A DNA stretch of 6,632 bases from Amoeboradix gromovi X-113. Lineage: Eukaryota > Fungi > Sanchytriomycota. This document shows positions 1 through 6,442 of this stretch, in pieces. Positions within the stretch are counted from its first letter, which is position 1. Every line of letters begins with the position of its first letter. The stretch is taken from NCBI GenBank assembly GCA_018985225.1, contig JADGIF010000562.1, positions 1 to 6,632 of the forward strand, given 5' to 3'. The notes beneath the pieces were generated by a model. That model did not search any database, had not been told where the DNA came from, and saw only the letters and a list, made by a program, of their open reading frames with translations. Made by a program: the position numbers and the translations under genes.

Positions 1-77
1 AATAAAGATTGGATGAAAGAGTAAGAGAATAGCTGTACAGAATATTTATTTCCCTTTTATACTCGTCAACTCCGCAA

Positions 78-284
78 CTAGCTGAATGTCCACTCGCCTC
101 TTAAATCCATAAAATTAATAAAGCTGAAGTAATGTTCCAAGTTGTTACTGAAAGTTAGTCCAGTTTTTATATTTGATGTCCCACTGGATATATTCTTCTC
201 TCCAATAAATTTACAACATTTCAGAAAATATGTTCTCCGGATGCTATGGATGCACAGCTCTTTTTTCCATATGATGCGTCGCAT
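78..284 (-). CDS. Possible small hypothetical protein (68 aa); may be spurious
   Basis: ATG-initiated ORF divergent from the 424 gene. There is a CCCC run ~11 nt upstream of the ATG and a minus-strand AATAAA at 45-50, downstream of the stop. No recognisable domain. Confidence 0.2.
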   Translation of the reverse strand: MRRIIWKKELCIHSIRRTYFLKCCKFIGEKNISSGTSNIKTGLTFSNNLEHYFSFINFMDLRGEWTFS

Positions 285-423
285 ATGCTAACATGGGGCT
301 CGTTGCCTTTTAATAAATATGTTTAAGCTTCTGGCTTAGTTATATCTGTTGATAAAATAATATTAGCTTGTCACCTAGATTTTGTCCAGTTTATCCCACA
401 CGTTTTAATGTTGTTGAAACGTC

Positions 424-2142
424 ATGGATTTTCCATTTCAATTTGGGGATCAGTTTATGAAGGATATCATGGTTCAAAGGTACACATGCAAAGAAGAAAT
501 GCTGCTACATATCAATAATACCATAAACTCATTCTCGTACTATGGAAATGATCAAAAAAGTGATGAGCTAGAGCTGTTAGTTAATGAATATCTTGGAGTA
601 AAGAATTTTGCAAAAGTTGACATTCTGTACTTTTTATGCTTAATATGTAGAGGTATAGGTACTATTAAACTGAACGAAATGACTATTGATTCCGATTATG
701 TATCAACCGAAGATGATCTTACTTTGACTGAGTATTCATTGTTATCAGTTTCCAGTCCAAATGATGCAGAAACTCCTGCATGTTCTGGTCCATCGTACTC
801 CAGGTCTGTTATAGTCCCACAGTCCACTATTAAATTGGAAAATCATCAAGAAATTGGAAAAACCATGAAGGATCTATGTTTCTGGAACAGTAGCAAATGC
901 ACAGAAGTAGACTACATGAAGCATGTGCTGCTATGTATGATTCAGGAAACGCCCATAGGCGATATGCATTTTACTCATTCCAAATCCAGCAGCAACTATT
1001 TCAATTCTATTATCTCTAACATAACAATTCTACGAGACTCTATAAATAAATCAAGTACTTTTTTATTTATGAGACGCATTCTAGAATATATCGATGGACT
1101 GATATTAGAATTCCGAAGCATTTTAATTGTTGAGTTTGAGAACATTTCAAGTTTTTGGGAATGCAAAACGTTAATTGATGCGCCTTTTAATTCTATTATA
1201 AAGATTAAGCAGGTTGTGTCTAACTGGCAATGTTTATTCTATAGTTTAACTACTATGAGCCATTCTAATCCATTTTACATCGCATTTACACTGTTATCAG
1301 ATTTTAGTAAAAGCAATCACCTAGTCCACCTGGCTGATATACTGTGTGATTATAGAAATGAGTTTGCATACGAATGCTGTAAATCGCAGTTAGATTTGGC
1401 AGAATTTGGTCACTTAGCATTTTTCCATGAACTGAATTCCATCTATTCGTTAAACATGTCAAGCATTGATAAAAGTCATGTCATAGAGTCAATTAAATAT
1501 TGCAACACGATACACGAACAATTCAAGATTATTCTCGTATTAGTAAAGCGGAACGATACAAGGATCAAGAATGATGAAAAAATGCGTTCGATAGCTCAAT
1601 ATAATAAAACAGTGTCTTGCTTGAGTGATCCAGGGATACTTGATGCTATTCATCTAGTTTGTCAATCTTTCCTTTCTCAGTTTTATTTCAAGTGTAGATC
1701 AAATACTTCATTTTTGTTGAATCCACTCTCCATTGGATCAGTGCCTGTTGATATTGACAGCCAAGTCATAGAAACTCGAATATTGGACTCGGCATACAAG
1801 ATGCCTCTGGTTGATAACTCCGCACTGAAATACTCCCTAGAAGATTGCAAAGTGTTCACAAATGTAGAATGGATGGATGAGTTGTTAGAATGTAAGTTAC
1901 AAGAATGCTTGATCAAGATTGCTAGGCATTTGGTTTCCAGATCTAGGATATACTGTAAGAAGAGGTACATGATATACTTGAGTGTGATGATTCGGAGGAA
2001 TAACGAAAATTTGCAAGAAATAGTGAGTCAAAAAATGGTAACTAATAAACTCAAAATGCAGGGATTTCTTCTTAAAATGATAAGCAATGCTTGCTCACCG
2101 AGTGACGTTATACGAGATTATGAAGAAATAAACATTTTTTAG
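424..2142 (+). CDS. Divergent gamma-tubulin complex component (Spc97/Spc98 GCP family, most like GCP5), 572 aa, apparently lacking most of GRIP2
   Basis: The long uninterrupted ORF is certainly coding. The family call rests on by-eye resemblance to GCP5 in the correct order: the N-terminal bundle 'INNTINSFSYYGNDQKSDELELLVNEYL...DILYFLCLIC', an acidic/Ser linker, the GRIP1 start 'TEVDYMKHVLLCM' (cf. TETQVIRETLWLL), 'LEYIDGLILEFRSILIVEFE', and a GRIP1/2 junction-like 'LLECKLQECLIK...KKRYMIYLSVM'. Similarity is weak. Confidence 0.55.
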   Translation: MDFPFQFGDQFMKDIMVQRYTCKEEMLLHINNTINSFSYYGNDQKSDELELLVNEYLGVKNFAKVDILYFLCLICRGIGTIKLNEMTIDSDYVSTEDDLTLTEYSLLSVSSPNDAETPACSGPSYSRSVIVPQSTIKLENHQEIGKTMKDLCFWNSSKCTEVDYMKHVLLCMIQETPIGDMHFTHSKSSSNYFNSIISNITILRDSINKSSTFLFMRRILEYIDGLILEFRSILIVEFENISSFWECKTLIDAPFNSIIKIKQVVSNWQCLFYSLTTMSHSNPFYIAFTLLSDFSKSNHLVHLADILCDYRNEFAYECCKSQLDLAEFGHLAFFHELNSIYSLNMSSIDKSHVIESIKYCNTIHEQFKIILVLVKRNDTRIKNDEKMRSIAQYNKTVSCLSDPGILDAIHLVCQSFLSQFYFKCRSNTSFLLNPLSIGSVPVDIDSQVIETRILDSAYKMPLVDNSALKYSLEDCKVFTNVEWMDELLECKLQECLIKIARHLVSRSRIYCKKRYMIYLSVMIRRNNENLQEIVSQKMVTNKLKMQGFLLKMISNACSPSDVIRDYEEINIF

Positions 2143-2541
2143 ATTTCAGCTTTAGCACTATATTTTACCCGCCCCAGCCACTATCCCTATGGAATAGAAT
2201 ACATTTGATTTGCAGGCTGGTTTGAGGTATGCGATCTGATCTTATTTGAATCGAGTAGCTGATGGCGTTATTTCAGTTTAGAGCAAGGTAATGTGTATGG
2301 AAGTGTGAATAACAGGGGTCTTGATGGAATCTAGAATCTAAAAACATTAGCATCGGCTAACATGTATCTATAGCCTGAGGAGCATGGCTACTGTATTTCC
2401 ATTAATAACGATAATTAAATTGTCATGTGACATACACAACATTTTGCACATATGGGAGATCGAACAGATCATATCGGTGGGCCATATCGATGATGCATAT
2501 GCTATAGAAATGCATAAAAACGAACTTGCTCCAGCTTTTAT

Positions 2542-2847
2542 ATGATTATTGAATTTTTTAATCCTTTATTTGAGTATTGCCCTGAAAATTTCGATTTGAC
2601 TGAAGTTCTTGAAAATCAAAACGATCTGAATACCAAGAACAAAGTCGATGTTACTGCTCAACAGGATCCGGAGAGGCTTTCGGCAGAGGAAAACAAATAC
2701 AATAACGTCAAGCCTAAGAGAAAAAGAAGGCTATCGAGGCAAATAAATCGCATATATGTATGCGAGTACTCAGGATGTGACAAAGCTTATGAAAAGCAGT
2801 CCCACTTAAAGACCCACAAACAAAGAAAACACCATGACCTACAATGA
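2542..2847 (+). CDS. Small single C2H2 zinc-finger transcription factor (Con7-like), 101 aa
   Basis: 'YVCEYSGCDKAYEKQSHLKTHKQRKH' is a C-x4-C-x12-H-x4-H finger. It is preceded by the basic 'KPKRKRRLSRQINRIY', which resembles the RPRRRYEEIERMY leader of fungal Con7-type fingers. AATAAA at 2852-2857 follows the stop. Confidence 0.8.
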   Translation: MIIEFFNPLFEYCPENFDLTEVLENQNDLNTKNKVDVTAQQDPERLSAEENKYNNVKPKRKRRLSRQINRIYVCEYSGCDKAYEKQSHLKTHKQRKHHDLQ

Positions 2848-2906
2848 AGCTAATAAATAATTTGGGGTTTTAATATTAAAAAACAAAAGCGACCTGTAAA
2901 ACAAAA

Positions 2907-3257
2907 TTATTTATTTTTTTCCTTTGACTTTATCTTCTTAGCCTTTTTCAAGTACCTTCTTAATCGTTTTTTCTCAGTTTTTGCTGCATCTTGGTTAGAC
3001 TTAAATTGACGAATCGTATCAAATTCTAACTGATCCTTTGTCCTTTGCGAAATTTCTTCATTGACTTGTTCCACTATAAGTTGCCTATGGCGCAGCTCTT
3101 TATACTCAATGTAGTCTGTTGAATTCGCAACACTGCTTTTAGAGTGAATTTTTCGCTTTCTCGGGATATCTGGTATTACTTTATTTAGGTCTGGAATTTG
3201 AGGAATTTCGAATGGCGTTTCTCGCTCAAATAGCTTCTCTATTTCATTTCTATCCAT
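2907..3257 (-). CDS. PRKRIP1: PRKR-interacting protein 1 / DUF1168 family (spliceosome C*-associated), divergent, 116 aa
   Basis: The layout matches DUF1168: 'EIEKLF...EIP', a Pro-rich stretch, 'SSVANSTDYIEYKELRHRQ' (cf. [20 protein letters not shown]), 'EF' in a charged helix, and 'AKTEKKRLRRYLKK' (cf. EQTAKRRKKRQKLK). Confidence 0.75.
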   Translation of the reverse strand: MDRNEIEKLFERETPFEIPQIPDLNKVIPDIPRKRKIHSKSSVANSTDYIEYKELRHRQLIVEQVNEEISQRTKDQLEFDTIRQFKSNQDAAKTEKKRLRRYLKKAKKIKSKEKNK

Positions 3258-3285
3258 CCCAAAAGAATATTTCTAAACACCCCTA
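3258..3285. promoter_or_regulatory. 28-bp head-to-head spacer, putative bidirectional promoter/initiator
   Basis: Divergent ATGs at 3257 (-) and 3286 (+). GGG abuts the minus-strand ATG and CACCCCTA (3278-3285) abuts the plus-strand ATG. Confidence 0.5.
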
Positions 3286-3597
3286 ATGATGGAAACTAAT
3301 ACAGATCTTCCAGAATGGGCGAACCCAGAGAAATTAGAATATGAAGAAGACTTAATTCCAAAAATGCTAATGACGGAGCAGGAGATGGAGAACCATCGAA
3401 TTCACCCAGCTTTTAGAGACTTTTGCGCGCAGCTTCTGGTACCTCTTAACAAGTGTAGAAAGAATCATTATTATGCACCATGGCAATGTACAGAAGAGCG
3501 CAATTTATATAAATCCTGTAAATGGAATGATCAAATTAGAAGGAAAAAGCTGGCCGCCATCCATTGGAAAAAAAGAATGGATAATAACGAGATATAG
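3286..3597 (+). CDS. NDUFB7: NADH:ubiquinone oxidoreductase B18 subunit (NDUFB7), twin CX9C, 103 aa
   Basis: 'MLMTEQEMENHRIHPAFRDFCAQLLVPLNKCRK...PWQCTEERNLYKSC...D...R' matches the NDUFB7 signature (M.AT.QEM...L....RDYCAH.LI.L..C...C..ERH....C). Two exact CX9C motifs. The start may be 3286 or 3289. Confidence 0.92.
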   Translation: MMETNTDLPEWANPEKLEYEEDLIPKMLMTEQEMENHRIHPAFRDFCAQLLVPLNKCRKNHYYAPWQCTEERNLYKSCKWNDQIRRKKLAAIHWKKRMDNNEI

Positions 3598-3598
3598 T

Positions 3599-3850
3599 TT
3601 ATTTCAGTAAATCCAAGAAATCCTCCTCACCTTCCTCTTTTTTGCTTTTCTTGTTTTCTTCATCTTGTATGAACTCCATGTTCATTTTCTGTACTCTTAG
3701 TCTACACAATTTTGCCTTTTCACTTTCATAATAAATTTTCCCAACATTCTGTGTCAAGTTGCACACCTTGCATGCCCATTTGTTTGTTTTCTTTACTATG
3801 TCTACTTGGAACATCAAACAATCAATGCATTTAACAATCCTAAACTTCAT
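3599..3850 (-). CDS. MRNIP: MRN complex-interacting protein (MRNIP/C5orf45) zinc-ribbon domain, minimal 83-aa form
   Basis: '[32 protein letters not shown]...Y....[12 protein letters not shown]' matches MRNIP 'VLRCCSCRLFQAHQVKKSVKWTCKACGEKQ...Y...GADCRRHVQKLN'. The ORF-track start at 3886 is a TTG; the first in-frame ATG is at 3850, right at the domain start. Confidence 0.87.
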   Translation of the reverse strand: MKFRIVKCIDCLMFQVDIVKKTNKWACKVCNLTQNVGKIYYESEKAKLCRLRVQKMNMEFIQDEENKKSKKEEGEEDFLDLLK

Positions 3851-3912
3851 GAAAACTAGACAAACGTTCTGAAACAATTGTCTCAAAAAACGGAACTGCT
3901 CGAGTATTGGTG

Positions 3913-4519
3913 TTGCATATATATCACCGCTAGCTGAAGCCGAAACCTGATTGCTAACAACCTCTCCTGCTGCCGGTAGGTCCTCTTACCATTACCCAGA
4001 AAACTGAATATGGCTCTATGCAATCATCATCTCTATCTGGGACTGCATTACTGTTGTGCGCTGACTTAATCTTGGAACTCTATGTGATCGCTGAATGCTC
4101 TCATACTTGATATCCTTCATATTGAAGTTGCAGCATGGCCTAGCTGCAGAGCACCAATAGTTTCCATGCAAGCAAGTAAACTAGTTTCTCATTTGGTACA
4201 TTCTACTTACTTCTACAATTGTGCCGAAATCTAGCACTGCGTTGTAAATCGTTTTCTAGTAAAATTCTGAATACGAAACAAGGTGAACGTTCGAAGCCAA
4301 TAACAAATTTATTGGCGCACCGAGGTTTCGGCGTCATTGAATAGTCTGACATGATTTGTACAAATGTAAGTTGGCTTCTTTTTCTTTGGAGGGAATAGAT
4401 TAAAACCGCTGCACAGGTTTGCACAAGTCTAGGGTGTCGCGTCATGCTTATTGTCCTATGTACACCAAAGATGAATTGATTGCATAGCTCAGCGGTATCA
4501 TACTTGCAAATAAATTTTG
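3913..4519 (+). ncRNA. Candidate ~600-nt structured non-coding RNA of unknown family (telomerase RNA is one hypothesis)
   Basis: No credible ORF. GC is ~42% by hand count over 3891-4510 and falls to ~23% over 4511-4630. Terminal pairings: 3913-3917/4505-4509 and 3926-3931/4491-4496. A 17-bp helix with one bulge forms at 4016-4032/4469-4487, enclosing several nested helices. Sm-like AATTTTG at 4513-4519. The plus strand is preferred because several helices contain G-U pairs on it. Confidence 0.45.
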
Positions 4520-4630
4520 TTTAGCAAATCATTATGGCTGATATTATGACATCTATTTTTGCAGTTACTTGGTCTGGTTCTTATATTTAATGTCTAAAAT
4601 GCTGTAAAATATTAGTTTATTTTTAACTAT

Positions 4631-6403
4631 TTAATTTTCAACCATCTCGATTCCCAAATCTTCAATCGCTTGCTTCAGCTTCCTCATAAATAAGTTTCTT
4701 AATCTTGCTTTCAGTCCCATATCTGAATGATTTCTTTTATATGGTATACCGATCCCAACTACCATCACATTCCATGAATACTCTCTCTTAAATGATTTTA
4801 TATCAACACTAGTCTGTCCATTAAAATCCCTTGGCCTAGATTTCAGAAATTCATTCAGTTCCTCTTGCAATCTGTCAAGTTTTGTGAGCGATGTACTGCT
4901 TTTCAGGGGTACCTCAATTGCCTCACTTTGAGCTACACTTCTTCTTACATTATGGATGTACTCAGCAGATAGAATAGAGTTGCTCACATAAACCTCTGTG
5001 CCATCAAGTTTCTCTAAAATAGAGAACATCAATGACATCTCACTAACTCTGTAATAGCAGTCTTTAACCATAATGATATCTCCCGTGTCAAATGGATGCG
5101 TAGCGAATAAAAACAACAACGAATTGAAGAATGCCTTTGCTGTGTCGGCAAAGACAAAAGATATAGCCAGCGAGGCACTTAACAATGGAACTGCAGCCTG
5201 CACTACATTTGTGCCGAATACTGTAAATCCAAACATGACAGTGATTATAACAACCACAATTAGAAGGATGTTGTCTAATTTAATAACTACGCTATTTATA
5301 TCATTTACGTTGCTAAGAATGCATCGTCGCTCATGATAAATAAGAGTAATTGCTGATTTCATTTCCTTTTTACTACAGTCACCGTTTCTATCCAAATCAA
5401 ACAAATTGAACGCATCTTGGGCAGCATCAGCATCTTCGAAATATGGATAAAAGTCAGATGGAATTATGGTCTCACCGTTCTGACTAAGACTGTTGAACAA
5501 CTTCTTCGCTAATCTTTTAGCATTGATATTGGAAGTTAAATCTAGTTCACTTGATTGCCCACTTCTAATCCAGTTGAATAGTCTACTACCTTCAGTCTTT
5601 AATCTGCTTTTACTAGCCTTCCAAGCATTATTCTGCTCTAATTGGACTTCTAAATGCTCTATAGTTTCTAGTGCGTGCTTTGATTCCTTGATTCTATCCT
5701 TGAATGTTTTATTCTTCAAGTGAACAAAGAGTAGCATCATCAAGCACTTTTCACCAAATCTAAATATGGCATAGAACACAAATATTCGTAATAGACTGCT
5801 AATAACAACAATATGCACAGCAGTGGGTCTATCATTAGGGCCACGGGAGTGAACGCCCCAGATTACTTCAAATTCAATGTTGCTACCAATGGCAATGGCA
5901 AGTAGAATGATAAATCGTCTTAATCCACGCAGGTACTCAAACATGTTTTTGATTTTCTCTGATTTTCGTCTTGTAAGTAATGTAAAGATTCTAAATAGCA
6001 AATAAGGAATATAATGCAGCAAAATCCAACTGAGAACAAATAGTGAATAAGTCACTGTCAGCCAGATGCCCCAACGCATTAGTTCCTGGCTTAACACCTC
6101 GTTCTGGTTAATCATAGCATCACCTTCGTCCAGCTTTGGATCTTTTGAATTATCAAAGATACTAATGGAGCTAATTCCTCTTCCAACGAAAAAAGGTATC
6201 AAAACACAAGGAACAATAAGTAAAGAGATCAATGGCAAGAATTTGGACAGCTTGGAGTGCGAGTATTCAACGTCGTCAATATCCTCCCATATAAATTCAT
6301 CTGGTTTTTGACCTCGAGTTGAAATTTTGCGTTCCAACTTAGAATGATGAGTGTCTGTGCGTAGCAATTGTGGAGACTCATCATCGCTGTTACTTCTGCT
6401 CAT
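4631..6403 (-). CDS. Eukaryotic MscS-like mechanosensitive ion channel with EF-hand (Msy1/Msy2 type), 590 aa
   Basis: Several N-terminal transmembrane segments, 'AKRLAKKLFNSL', the EF-hand 'AFNLFDLDRNGDCSKKEM', the MscS core 'LAISFVFADTAKAFFNSLLFLFATHPFDTGD' and 'DGTEVYVSNSILSAEYIHNVRRS'. Confidence 0.95.
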   Translation of the reverse strand: MSRSNSDDESPQLLRTDTHHSKLERKISTRGQKPDEFIWEDIDDVEYSHSKLSKFLPLISLLIVPCVLIPFFVGRGISSISIFDNSKDPKLDEGDAMINQNEVLSQELMRWGIWLTVTYSLFVLSWILLHYIPYLLFRIFTLLTRRKSEKIKNMFEYLRGLRRFIILLAIAIGSNIEFEVIWGVHSRGPNDRPTAVHIVVISSLLRIFVFYAIFRFGEKCLMMLLFVHLKNKTFKDRIKESKHALETIEHLEVQLEQNNAWKASKSRLKTEGSRLFNWIRSGQSSELDLTSNINAKRLAKKLFNSLSQNGETIIPSDFYPYFEDADAAQDAFNLFDLDRNGDCSKKEMKSAITLIYHERRCILSNVNDINSVVIKLDNILLIVVVIITVMFGFTVFGTNVVQAAVPLLSASLAISFVFADTAKAFFNSLLFLFATHPFDTGDIIMVKDCYYRVSEMSLMFSILEKLDGTEVYVSNSILSAEYIHNVRRSVAQSEAIEVPLKSSTSLTKLDRLQEELNEFLKSRPRDFNGQTSVDIKSFKREYSWNVMVVGIGIPYKRNHSDMGLKARLRNLFMRKLKQAIEDLGIEMVEN

Positions 6404-6428
6404 GCTTTATGTTTTAGGAGATCGTTGG

Positions 6429-6442
6429 TATTTATAGGGGTG
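6429..6442 (-). promoter_or_regulatory. TATA box fused to a CACCCC element upstream of the MscS-like gene
   Basis: The minus strand reads CACCCCTATAAATA, with TATAAATA 26-33 nt upstream of the ATG at 6403. Confidence 0.55.

Noticed and set aside
1-24. Possible 3' end of an upstream plus-strand gene (NKDWMKE*, with AATAAA at 1-6)
   Set aside because: Fits the local stop/AATAAA pattern, but seven codons are too little to call.
90-294. HSF-like words ('KNWTNFQ*QL...FYGFKR') in a minus-strand frame interrupted only by TAA/TAG
   Set aside because: Spacing does not fit an HSF domain, and TAA/TAG are clearly used as stops by the neighbouring conserved genes, so codon reassignment is unsupported.
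1683-1970. 95-aa minus-strand ORF
   Set aside because: Antisense shadow entirely inside the 572-aa gene; no motif.
3851-3886. N-terminal extension of MRNIP from the ORF track
   Set aside because: Depends on a TTG start; the domain begins at the ATG at 3850.
4203-4445. 80-aa minus-strand ORF in the large gap
   Set aside because: No recognisable domain, no AATAAA at its stop unlike the real genes, and it overlaps the helical block.
3890-4520. Identification of the RNA block as RNase P/MRP, SRP, U1/U2/U5/U6, snR30/U17, a group I intron or a hammerhead
   Set aside because: Only partial motifs: GGAACTCTAT/ATAGATTA is P4-like but has a bulged C and no CR-V AC; AGCAG lacks the SRP helix-8 partner; ATAGTC has no P7 partner; CTGAAGC is not CTGANGA. 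No snRNA signature was found on either strand.
5073-6311. Three plus-strand ORFs (5073-5336, 5493-5723, 6066-6311)
   Set aside because: Antisense shadows of the MscS-like CDS.
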